Source: Polyangiales bacterium | GTDB lineage: Bacteria; Myxococcota_A; Polyangia; Polyangiales; Ga0077539 | Length of the DNA: 64,000 bases | Assembly: GCA_044229975.1 (NCBI GenBank) | Contig: JBGARZ010000017.1 | Location: 129,837-193,836 of the forward strand | Direction of reading: 5' to 3' | Part shown: positions 8,630 to 17,299 of the stretch, one piece after another | Layout of the letters: each line of letters begins with the position of its first letter | Position numbering within the stretch: position 1 is the first letter of the stretch | The notes under the pieces: generated by a model | The model's input: the letters and a program-made list of their open reading frames with translations, nothing else | Told to the model about the DNA's origin: nothing | The model's database searches: none | Translations under genes and position numbers: made by a program

Positions 8630-10170
8630 CCTACCCTCACGACGCCGTCACAGCGCATGGGCCACGTGAACACGACGGCCGTGCCACGCCCCTCGGACTC
8701 CACCCGGGCCTTCCCCCCGAAGACCTCGACGGTCTTCTTCACGATCGCGAGCCCCACGCCGCTGCCCTCCACCTGATCGCGCGGCCGCAGCGTCTGGAAC
8801 ATCCGGAACACCCGCTCGTGGAACTCCGGCTTGATGCCCGGGCCATCGTCCTGCACACGCACCTCGATGCGACCGTCCGTCGGCACGGCGCTCACGACGA
8901 TGGTCCCCTCCGGGCGATCGTGGTGCTTGAGGGCGTTGCTGATGAGGTTGCGCAGCACCTTCTCGAAGGGCGTCCGCGGCGTGCGAAGGCTGACGTCCTC
9001 TCCGTCCAGCCGCACCGCGAAGCCCGGGGGCGGGGCGTGGAGCGCGAGGATGTTGCCGAAGACCTCGCGCAGCGTGAAGGGGTGCGCGTCGTCCACCATC
9101 CGCCCGACGCGCGAGTACTCCAGGAGGTCGTCGAGGAGCTGCTCCATCCGCTGCACGCGGTCGTTGACGAGGCGGAGGTGCTGGGCCGACGCGGGCGGGA
9201 GGGCGTCGCCGACGTCCTCGACGATCCAGCTCACCAGGTTGCGGACGTCGCGCAGCGGTGACTTGAGGTCGTGCGACGTGACGTAGGCGAAGTCGTCGAG
9301 TTCGCGGTTGGAGCGCTCGAGCTCGCGCACGTGGTGGTCGATGCGCGCGGCCATCCGGACCTTCTCGCTGACGTCGTCGAAGATGACCCCGAGGTAGTCC
9401 TCGCGGAGCGCGAAGCACTGCGCCTCGAAGGTGCGCCGGGTCTCCGGGTCGCTGCCGCGCACATTGGTCCACGATCGCGGGACGCGGTCGCCGAGCGTCG
9501 CGGTCCAGAGGTCGACGTACTGGGGGCGGACCTCCTGGTTGAGGTCCCGCACCTGTCGCCCGATGGCCCCGCGGAGGTCCCAGTCGCTGGAGCGCACGGC
9601 CGCGGGGTTGACCGTCACCAGTCGAAACGTCGTCGGGTCGGCCGGGTCGTCGAGGTGCCAGATCACCATGCCGACGGAGGCGTTCTGGAAGAGGTCGACG
9701 AAGCGGGCGACCTCGGCCTCGGCCCGGCGGACCAGGTCTTCCTTCCCGGCGATGTACGCAGAGCCGAGCTCCGCCATCGCGACGTCCGTGAAGCGTTCCA
9801 TCCCCCAGAGGATCCCCTCGCTCCGAGGGTCGAGGTCGTGCAGCACGCGACCACGAATCACGCCACGGTAGGCGCCCAGCAGCCCGACCCAGTCGCGAAA
9901 CTCGATGCCCATCCGCGCGTACGCGTTGCCTTGCGCCCGCAGGTGGGCGAGGTACCCGTCCCACTCACCGTCGACCAGCGCCCGGCGCTGCTGCGCCGCG
10001 CCCATGGTGCGCTGCGCGTCGCGCATCGCCGGGGTCATCGCCGCGAAGGTCGCGGCCATCGATGGGATCTTCTCCGCCGCCGCCGCCACCGCCGCCTCGA
10101 CCTCCGTGCGGGTGGCCTCCAGCGTCGCCCACAAGTCCCGCAGCGCCTCCCGTTCGTCCATCGCGGCCAT
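8626..10170 (-). CDS. Sensor histidine kinase with a globin-like N-terminal domain and PAS
   Basis: FAYVTSHDLKSPLR H-box, NLISNALKHH and GSGVGLAIVKK. The N-terminal helical domain (WDGYLAHLRAQGNAYARMGIEF) resembles protoglobin/RsbR-type sensors. Confidence 0.88.
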   Translation of the reverse strand: MAAMDEREALRDLWATLEATRTEVEAAVAAAAEKIPSMAATFAAMTPAMRDAQRTMGAAQQRRALVDGEWDGYLAHLRAQGNAYARMGIEFRDWVGLLGAYRGVIRGRVLHDLDPRSEGILWGMERFTDVAMAELGSAYIAGKEDLVRRAEAEVARFVDLFQNASVGMVIWHLDDPADPTTFRLVTVNPAAVRSSDWDLRGAIGRQVRDLNQEVRPQYVDLWTATLGDRVPRSWTNVRGSDPETRRTFEAQCFALREDYLGVIFDDVSEKVRMAARIDHHVRELERSNRELDDFAYVTSHDLKSPLRDVRNLVSWIVEDVGDALPPASAQHLRLVNDRVQRMEQLLDDLLEYSRVGRMVDDAHPFTLREVFGNILALHAPPPGFAVRLDGEDVSLRTPRTPFEKVLRNLISNALKHHDRPEGTIVVSAVPTDGRIEVRVQDDGPGIKPEFHERVFRMFQTLRPRDQVEGSGVGLAIVKKTVEVFGGKARVESEGRGTAVVFTWPMRCDGVVRVG

Positions 10171-10226
10171 AGGTGACTTTCGAGGTTACACGACGACTCT
10201 GGCGCTTCCCGCTTTCGGGCAGCGCG

Positions 10227-11795
10227 TTACGCCCTCGCGACGTTGTCTTCGGCGAAGGAGACGTCAAGCCCGCGCGCTCGCAGGGCAGCAACGAGCGGCG
10301 CCTTGTCCAGCGCGCGGAGGTACGACTCCGACGGGGTGATGAGCCCGGCGTCGACGAGGTCGAGCAGGGCGTCGTGGAGGGTCACCATCCCGAGGCGACG
10401 CGAGGTCTGCATCACCGTCGGGAGCTGGAAGGTCTTCCCCTCGCGGATGAGGTTGGCCACCGCGGGGATCGACAGCAGCACCTCGCGCGCCGCCACGCGC
10501 CCGCCGCCGACCTTCCTGCACAGCGTCTGCGAGATGACGCCGCGGAGCGAGCCCGCGAGCATCACGCGGATCTGCGCCTGCTCGTCGGCGGGAAACTGGT
10601 CGATGATCCGGTCGATGGTGCTGGCCGCCGTCGAGGTGTGGAGCGTTCCGAAGACGAGGTGCCCGGTCTCCGCGGTCTCCAGCGCGATGCCCACGGTCTC
10701 CAGGTCGCGCAGCTCGCCCACCAGGATGACGTCGGGGTCTTCGCGCAGCGCGGCGCGCAGGGCGGTCTTGAAGGAGCCGGTGTGCACGCCCACCTGCCGC
10801 TGGGTGATCACGCAGCGCTTGCCCGCGTGCACGAACTCGATCGGGTCTTCGATGGTGATAACGTGGTCGTGGCGCGAGCGGTTGACCAGGTCGACGAGCG
10901 CGCAGAGCGTCGTGGACTTGCCCGACCCGGTGGGCCCGGTCACCAGCACCAGGCCCCGGCTGAGCTGACAGAGCCGCTGCACCTCCGGCGAGATGCCCAT
11001 CTGCTCGACCGTCACCACGGCCGCCGGGATGTGACGAAACACCGCCGCGGGCCCGAGCCGCTCGCGCAGCGCGTTGGCGCGGAATCTCCCCGCCCCGGCG
11101 ATCTCGTACGCGTAGTCGGTGTCGTTGGTCTGCGCGAACTGCCGCCGGTTTCGCTCGGGCATCACCGAGCGGAGCATCGCCTCCAGCGCAGCGCGCTCCA
11201 GCGGCGGAGCGTCCACCCGCACCATCTCGCCGTGCAGCCGGATGATGGGGCACTGCCCGCAGCGCAGGTGGAGGTCGGAGGCGCCGCGGCGCACGAGGTC
11301 GACCAGCAGGGCGTCGAGCGCGGCCCGCGCGTGGTCGCTCCCCGCGAAGGAGTGGATGGCGTCGTCGTCGTCCGGGTCTGCCGGGAGCACGGTGTCGAGC
11401 ACCTCGGGCGGCGGGACGACGGGCGCGGGCTCGATGTTGGGGTCGGGGCCGCGGAAGGCGCGGTGCTGACCGGTGAGGCGTTCGCGCTCCTTCTCCTCGT
11501 CGAGGGTGACGTGAGCGCGCCAGAGCCCGTCGTCGCGCGCGGCCAGCACGGTGAAGGCGCCGTCTTCGGAGACGTACGCGAAGTGCGCGGGCTGCCCCTC
11601 GTTGATGAGCATCGCCGCATCCGGAGGCGCGATCTCGCAAAGGAGCAAAACCACCTGCGGTCCCGTGAGGGCGGTGCGGGTGACCGGGCGGAGCGCGCCG
11701 TCGATCTCGAACTCGGCGAAGGCCCCTTCGGTCAGCCGGAGCCCGCTGGCGCGGTGGCCCTTCATGCCCGCGAGGAGCCGGTCGAGTTGGGCCAT
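10227..11795 (-). CDS. pilT: Type IV pilus retraction ATPase PilT-like, with a duplicated N-terminal domain
   Basis: ASDLHL, Walker A GPTGSGKST, ITIEDPIE, LREDPDVILVGELRD, His box GHLVFGTLHT and AVANLIRE (AIRNLIRE-like). Confidence 0.92.
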   Translation of the reverse strand: MAQLDRLLAGMKGHRASGLRLTEGAFAEFEIDGALRPVTRTALTGPQVVLLLCEIAPPDAAMLINEGQPAHFAYVSEDGAFTVLAARDDGLWRAHVTLDEEKERERLTGQHRAFRGPDPNIEPAPVVPPPEVLDTVLPADPDDDDAIHSFAGSDHARAALDALLVDLVRRGASDLHLRCGQCPIIRLHGEMVRVDAPPLERAALEAMLRSVMPERNRRQFAQTNDTDYAYEIAGAGRFRANALRERLGPAAVFRHIPAAVVTVEQMGISPEVQRLCQLSRGLVLVTGPTGSGKSTTLCALVDLVNRSRHDHVITIEDPIEFVHAGKRCVITQRQVGVHTGSFKTALRAALREDPDVILVGELRDLETVGIALETAETGHLVFGTLHTSTAASTIDRIIDQFPADEQAQIRVMLAGSLRGVISQTLCRKVGGGRVAAREVLLSIPAVANLIREGKTFQLPTVMQTSRRLGMVTLHDALLDLVDAGLITPSESYLRALDKAPLVAALRARGLDVSFAEDNVARA

Positions 11796-11802
11796 CGTCT
11801 TC

Positions 11803-12264
11803 CTACCTCCTCGGGCGGGCGAAGGAGAGGTGCTCGCGGTTGATGACCACCACCCGGTCGCGGGTGAAGAGGGCGACGAAGCGCCGCGTCGTGTCGTTGA
11901 GGAAGTCCACGAGGCGCGGCCGGTCGGCGGGCTGCTCGGGGAAGATCGAACCGCTCCACACGCTCCCGTCGGAGAGCGTGAACTCGACGTGCATCCCGAG
12001 CACGCCGCGCTCGACGGTGTCGTCCCGCTCGGGGAGCATCGTGACGAGCGTGAAGATGTGCGACTTCTGCACGATCACGACGTCGCCCGAGTCGAGCTCC
12101 AGCGGCAGGAACGGGGCCTCGGCGTTGAGCGCGTCGACGGGCTCCTCGGGGCCGACACGATGGCGCGTCGCGGCCTGGAGGAAGATGTCGCCCGCGAGGG
12201 AGACGCGGTGGATGAGCGTGAGGTCGACGCGGTGCCGAACCTTCTCGACCCGGTAGTCGCTCAT
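11803..12264 (-). CDS. Small conserved hypothetical protein of two similar beta-domains (DUF6812-like)
   Basis: MSDYRVEKVRHRVDLTL...; two halves with the pattern VxxTLxxxxxxxGxIF...DxLNxxxxF(L/V)xL...V(V/I)x(K/R)xH. ATG overlaps the upstream stop. Confidence 0.75.
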   Translation of the reverse strand: MSDYRVEKVRHRVDLTLIHRVSLAGDIFLQAATRHRVGPEEPVDALNAEAPFLPLELDSGDVVIVQKSHIFTLVTMLPERDDTVERGVLGMHVEFTLSDGSVWSGSIFPEQPADRPRLVDFLNDTTRRFVALFTRDRVVVINREHLSFARPRR

Positions 12265-13412
12265 GCGGGAGTCCTGCTGGCGCCACCCTGAGAAACGTCG
12301 GGGACGACGGTGTCCTTGAAGGCGTTGGGCAGACGCAGGAGGAAGGACGTCGGCCAGTTGGTGGTCTCCACGAGGCGGATGGTGCCGCCGTGGGCCTCCA
12401 GCGCGCGTCGGCAGAAGTAGAGGCCGAGCCCCGAGTGGCCCTCGTGCATCGGCTCTTCGCAACCGCGCGTGAACTTCTCGAAGATGCGCGCGCGGTCCTC
12501 GGGACGGATCGGCGCTCCGTCGTTGGAGACCGTGATCTCGATGCCGTCGCGCACCGCGAGGTCGACGCCGATGCGGCCCTTGCTGGGCGTGTATCGCAGC
12601 GCGTTGTCGAGGAGGTTCTCCAGCACGCGTCGCAGCAGCGCCTTGTCGGCCTTCATCGCGACGGACGCCGTCGGCGGTCGCAGCAGCGTGACGTTGCGGG
12701 CCTCCGCCCGGCTCTCGTACGAGGCCAGCACTTCGCGCAGGATCTTCGCCACGACCAGCACCTCGCGCCGGAGGTTCAGGCCAGGGCTCTCCAGGCGCGA
12801 GAGCGTGAGGAGGTCGCGCACCAGGTTCTGCATCCGGGCCGTGGCCGCGCGCGCGTCGCTGATGGGTCCGACCAGGTTGAACTGCGTCGGCAGCAGACCC
12901 CCGCGCACCGCCTCGATGGCGCCGGACACGACCCCGAGCGGCGCCGTGAGGTCGCGCACCAGCAGCGCCGACAGCTCGCGGTTCTCCCGCTGGGCCTCGT
13001 GCAGCGCGGCGTTGCGTCGCTTGAGCGTGTCGAGCGCCTCCTTGAGGCCGAGGAGGGCGCGCACCCGCGCGAGCAGCACGGGCGCGTCGATGGGCTTCTC
13101 CAGGAAGTCGTCCGCGCCGGCCCGCAGCGCGCGCAGGCGGTGCTCCCGATCGGCGTGCGCCGTGACGAGCACGACGGGGACGTGCGCCCCCGCCTCGGTC
13201 GCACGAAGGAGCTGGAGCACCTCGACGCCATCGAGGTCGGGCATCATCAGGTCGAGCAGGACGAGGTCGACGCCGCCGCGCGCCAGGACGTCCAGCGCCA
13301 CGCGACCGTGGGCAGCCTGCAACAGCTCGTACCCTTCGGGCTCCAGCAGGGCCGCGAGGGCGAGGAGGTTCCTCGGCTGGTCGTCCACGAGCAGGATCCG
13401 TTTCGTCATCAC
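12261..13412 (-). CDS. REC-HisKA-HATPase kinase-like protein with the phospho-His replaced by Arg
   Basis: REC (VDDQ, LLDLMMPD, FLEKP), NLLDNALRY and SGLGLYFC. The H-box reads LVRDLTAPL. Confidence 0.88.
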   Translation of the reverse strand: MMTKRILLVDDQPRNLLALAALLEPEGYELLQAAHGRVALDVLARGGVDLVLLDLMMPDLDGVEVLQLLRATEAGAHVPVVLVTAHADREHRLRALRAGADDFLEKPIDAPVLLARVRALLGLKEALDTLKRRNAALHEAQRENRELSALLVRDLTAPLGVVSGAIEAVRGGLLPTQFNLVGPISDARAATARMQNLVRDLLTLSRLESPGLNLRREVLVVAKILREVLASYESRAEARNVTLLRPPTASVAMKADKALLRRVLENLLDNALRYTPSKGRIGVDLAVRDGIEITVSNDGAPIRPEDRARIFEKFTRGCEEPMHEGHSGLGLYFCRRALEAHGGTIRLVETTNWPTSFLLRLPNAFKDTVVPDVSQGGASRTPA

Positions 13413-13419
13413 CCACCTC

Positions 13420-15750
13420 TCACGCGCTGCACACCGCGAGCACCTGTCGCAGGTCGGTGAGACCCGCGAGGCACTTCTCGACGCCGTCCTGCAACAGCGT
13501 CGTCATGCCCGACGCCATCGCCACCTCGCGGAGCTCGTCCACCGGCGCCGATCGCGCGATGAGCCGCTTCAACCCAGGGTCGGTCACCATCAGCTCGTGC
13601 AGCGCGATGCGGCCCTTGTAGCCGGTGTTGGCGCACGCCGCGCACCCCGGCGCCCGCCACAGCGTAAGGGGTTCGCCGTTGAGCCTCGCCGCGAGGGCCT
13701 CCTCTCCCAGCGCCAGGGCGACCTCGGCGCGCGCGTCGGGCGGGGCGGCGTAGCTCTGTCGGCACACCTTGCAGAGCCCGCGGGCGAGGCGCTGCGCGAG
13801 CACGCCGACGAGCGCATCGGCGAAGCTGAAGGGGTCGAGCCCCATGTCGATGAGCCGCACCACGGTCTCCGGCGCGCTGTTGGTGTGGAGCGTCGAGAGC
13901 ACGAGGTGGCCCGTGAGCGACGCCTCCACCGCGGTGCCGGCGGTCTCCTCGTCGCGCATCTCACCGACCATGATGACGTCCGGGTCGCCGCGCAGAAACG
14001 CCCGCATCGCCGCCGCGAAGGTCAGCCCCGCGCGGACGTTGACCTGCATCTGCCGCAGGCCCGCCTGGGTGATCTCCACCGGGTCCTCGGCGGTCCAGAT
14101 CTTCATGTCGGGCGTGTTGATGGCGCCGAGCATGGAGTGCAGCGTCGTGGTCTTGCCCGACCCGGTGGGCCCGACGCACAGGATGAGCCCGTAGGGCCGC
14201 GCCAGGATGCGCGCGACCTCGCGGTGGTTGCGCGGCGAGAGCCCCATCTGCGCCAGGGGCAGCGGCTTCGACGAGGCGAGGATGCGCAGCACGGCGTCCT
14301 CGTCGCCGCGCGACGTCGGGAAGGTCGCGACGCGCAGCTCGACGGGCTGCCCCGAGAGCCGCAGCCGGATCTTCCCGTCCTGCGGCTTGCGCCGCTCGGC
14401 GATGTCGAGCCCGGCGAGGATCTTCATGCGGGCCACCAGCGCGCGCCGGCTCGCGGGCGGCAGCTCCCGGTACACGACGCAGTCGCCGTCGACGCGGAAG
14501 CGCACGATGGTGTTGTCCTCCGCGCCGTTGGGCTCGATGTGGATGTCCGACGCGCCGCGGCGATAGGCGTCGCTGAAGATGCGGTGCACCAGGCGCACGA
14601 TGACGTTGTCGGCCACCTCCGGCGTCTCGGCCCCGCTCGCGGATTCATCCTCCTCGGGCGGGAGCGCGCCGAGCTCGCGCAGGATCTGCTCGAAGTCCTC
14701 CTGCGGCGGTGGTGGCGTGGGTGGCGTCGAGGCTTCGGCCTTCGGCGGAGGGGCGGGCCTCGCGATGTGGGCGTCGACGTAGCGGGCGAGCTGCGAGGGC
14801 GCGACGATCACCTCGCGCACCCGACGCCCGATGCGAAACTCCAACAGGTTGCGGTTTTCGGGCGCCATGGGCTCGCGGCTGGCGAGCGTGAGGCTGCGCG
14901 CGTCGAAGTCCGTCGGCAGCACGCCGTAGCGCTGGATGAGCTCCTGCGGCACGGCGGTGGCCGCCGCGGGGTCGAGGGTGATGGCGTCGAGGTCGACGAA
15001 GGGCAGACGGAACTTCGCCGCCAGCGCCTGCGCGAGCTGCACCTCGGTGATGAGGTCCATCCCACGCATGACTTCTCCGAGTCGCAGTCCCTCCTCGGGC
15101 GGCGGCGCGGGCGTCGCCGGTGGGGCCGTGCTCACCGTCGTGCGCCGCACGAGCGAGCGGTGCCGCAGCTCCGTCTGCTGGGCGAGCGCGCGGTCGATGT
15201 TCTCGCGGCTGACGACACCCATGGAGAGCAGGATGGCGCCGAGCTGCTCCAGGCGTTCGAAGCCGAGGACGTTGTCGCGCAGGAAGAACAGCTCGCGAAG
15301 ATCGCTGTCGGCCTCCAGCGGATACGCCACCATCCTCCGCGCGTTGGCGTCGGCGCCCGTCGGCACGCGCACGTCGAGGTGGCGCTCGCGCGAGACGTGG
15401 ACGCGCAGCGGTTCGAGCGGCGTGTCGATGGGGGCCGGGACGCTCTCGCCGGGTCGTCGACTGAAGCCCACGTAGACGACGCGCTCGGCGGGCACGAGCA
15501 TCCGCCGCGCGAAGGCGTCGACCTCGCCCTCGGTGGAGCCCAGCCACATCACGAACTCCGTCGCGTCGGCGCGGAAGCCCGTGAGCATGCCGTGGAGGGT
15601 GCGCCCGTCGGTGAGCCCCAACACGGCGGGTACGCCGAGCCCCTGCGGACCCGGGCTGATGCCCCAGGCACCGGGTGTCGTGCCGACGGCCCGCGGGTTC
15701 TTCACCGTGGGCTTCGGGGAGTCGTCAGCGTGAGGGCGGGGCGAGCTCAC
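13420..15750 (-). CDS. PilB/GspE-family secretion ATPase #1 with MshEN-like motifs
   Basis: ASDIHIEP, LDIAERRKPQDG, GPTGSGKTT, AEDPVE, DPDVIMVGEMRD and a tetracysteine motif (CKVC...CAAC). GTG at 15750 follows a GGAGAGGA RBS. Confidence 0.9.
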   Translation of the reverse strand: MSSPRPHADDSPKPTVKNPRAVGTTPGAWGISPGPQGLGVPAVLGLTDGRTLHGMLTGFRADATEFVMWLGSTEGEVDAFARRMLVPAERVVYVGFSRRPGESVPAPIDTPLEPLRVHVSRERHLDVRVPTGADANARRMVAYPLEADSDLRELFFLRDNVLGFERLEQLGAILLSMGVVSRENIDRALAQQTELRHRSLVRRTTVSTAPPATPAPPPEEGLRLGEVMRGMDLITEVQLAQALAAKFRLPFVDLDAITLDPAAATAVPQELIQRYGVLPTDFDARSLTLASREPMAPENRNLLEFRIGRRVREVIVAPSQLARYVDAHIARPAPPPKAEASTPPTPPPPQEDFEQILRELGALPPEEDESASGAETPEVADNVIVRLVHRIFSDAYRRGASDIHIEPNGAEDNTIVRFRVDGDCVVYRELPPASRRALVARMKILAGLDIAERRKPQDGKIRLRLSGQPVELRVATFPTSRGDEDAVLRILASSKPLPLAQMGLSPRNHREVARILARPYGLILCVGPTGSGKTTTLHSMLGAINTPDMKIWTAEDPVEITQAGLRQMQVNVRAGLTFAAAMRAFLRGDPDVIMVGEMRDEETAGTAVEASLTGHLVLSTLHTNSAPETVVRLIDMGLDPFSFADALVGVLAQRLARGLCKVCRQSYAAPPDARAEVALALGEEALAARLNGEPLTLWRAPGCAACANTGYKGRIALHELMVTDPGLKRLIARSAPVDELREVAMASGMTTLLQDGVEKCLAGLTDLRQVLAVCSA
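14054..14166. repeat. 113-bp exact repeat shared by the two PilB-like genes (copy 1; copy 2 at 19373-19485)
   Basis: Base-by-base identity from CGCAGGCCCGCC to CCCGACCCGGT, with synonymous differences just outside. Confidence 0.85.
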
Positions 15751-17299
15751 CGGGGAGATCCTCTCCGTCCGTCTGTGGCCCGACGGGGGGTGCCGAAAGC
15801 GGCGACGACGCCGCGGTGTCACGCGCCCACAACGCCGCGAGGGGCGCGCCGCCGACCATCGTCCAGTGCCGGACGCGCCGCCAGCCCACGAGCGCCCAGC
15901 GACCGTTGGTGACGCGGTACACACGCCTTCCCTCGGGGATGGTTTCCTCCATCGAGCCGCCCAGGACGCACCCGTCGCGCGAGGCCGCGAACACGAAGCG
16001 CAGCGGCTCGAAGACGGGGTCGCTCCACACGACCACCGGGCGCGTGCAGCCCGCGTCGGCGAGGATCGCGTCACGGACCAATGACGGCACCGCCATCCGT
16101 TCGCGCGGCACCTGCGGCCCCAGGAAGCGGCCACCCGGTGCGTCCTCGCGCAGCGCAACGGCGCCGGTGCTCCCTTGCAGGAAGTGCGAGGCGAGCGCCG
16201 CGGTGACCGCCAACGCCAGCGCCGCGGAGCCCACCAGCGCCCGCTCGGGGCGCGTCTTCGCCCAGGCCGCGCACCACATCGCCCACGGCGCGACGAGCAC
16301 GAAGCCCCAACGGTCGGCGCCCGGCGCGGCGAGCAGCGGCAGCGCCACCGTCGCCACCGCGAGCTGGAGCCCGGCGAAGCGACCCATCTCGTCGTGCAGC
16401 ACGCGACGCGCGCTCAACGCCACGAGGAGGAGCAGCACGCAGCTCGCGAGGGCCTCGACCCACGAGCGAACGCCCGCGAAGTGCGCCAGCGTCGAGACCC
16501 CGCTCAGCGAGTCCATGACTCGATGGAGCCCCCCACCGACGCCCGCTCTCGATGCGTGCGTCGACGCGGGCAGGAGCCTCACCGCCAGCGCGCCATGCAA
16601 CACCCCCAGACCGACGGCCACCCAGGTCGAGGGCCACTGGAAGAGCGGACGCCTCGACGGCAGCAGCACCCACAGCACGCACGCCACCGCCGGGATCGCC
16701 GCGAGCGGCGAGAAGTGCAGGCCCAGCGCGACGCACTGCGCGGCGAGCACGAGCGCAGGCGGTGACCGACGCCGCACGGCGTACCACCACGCGACCGGCC
16801 CGAGCGCCGCGAGCCCCAGCGAGATCGCGGAGTGATGGTCCCCCGTGCGCGACCACGCGACGCTCCACGGGTGCAGGAGCAGCACGGCCACGAAGATGAG
16901 CGCGGGGCGCCGACGTAGGAGCAGCGTGGCGGACGCGGTCAGCGCGAGGAGCGCCAGCACCATCACCAGCCGCGCCGACATGAACGAGGGCCCGAACATC
17001 GCGAAAGCTACCGTCGTGAGTGCCCGCGCCGCTGCGATGCCGGGGCCATGGGACGTCGGGCCGTGGGCGCCGGCGATCACCCGCAACGGCAGGTCGCCCT
17101 CCGCGCCCCAGGGGTTGGGAATCGCGCCCAGCCAGGGAAGGCGCAGCGCGAGACCCGCGGCGAGGAGGGCCGCGAGCGCGAGCGAGGGCGAAGGGCGATC
17201 GGGCCCGACGTAGGTGTCCTCCGGGCCGGACGTGAGTCGGCGGATCAGGACGGCGAGCACCCCGGAGCCGGGTCGCTCGGGAACCGCCTGCGGACTCAC
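15725..17299 (-). CDS. Polytopic membrane protein, GT-C (ArnT/PMT-like) glycosyltransferase candidate
   Basis: LALRLPWL, AFAMFGPSFMSARL, LLLHPWSVAWSR and many TM helices. GTG overlaps the kinase stop codon (GTGA). Confidence 0.6.
   Translation of the reverse strand: MSPQAVPERPGSGVLAVLIRRLTSGPEDTYVGPDRPSPSLALAALLAAGLALRLPWLGAIPNPWGAEGDLPLRVIAGAHGPTSHGPGIAAARALTTVAFAMFGPSFMSARLVMVLALLALTASATLLLRRRPALIFVAVLLLHPWSVAWSRTGDHHSAISLGLAALGPVAWWYAVRRRSPPALVLAAQCVALGLHFSPLAAIPAVACVLWVLLPSRRPLFQWPSTWVAVGLGVLHGALAVRLLPASTHASRAGVGGGLHRVMDSLSGVSTLAHFAGVRSWVEALASCVLLLLVALSARRVLHDEMGRFAGLQLAVATVALPLLAAPGADRWGFVLVAPWAMWCAAWAKTRPERALVGSAALALAVTAALASHFLQGSTGAVALREDAPGGRFLGPQVPRERMAVPSLVRDAILADAGCTRPVVVWSDPVFEPLRFVFAASRDGCVLGGSMEETIPEGRRVYRVTNGRWALVGWRRVRHWTMVGGAPLAALWARDTAASSPLSAPPVGPQTDGEDLPGELAPPSR

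Noticed and set aside
15751..16158. N-terminal extension of PilB#1 in the 912-aa ORF
   Set aside because: It overlaps the glycosyltransferase gene; a GTG with a good RBS at 15750 is the more plausible start.
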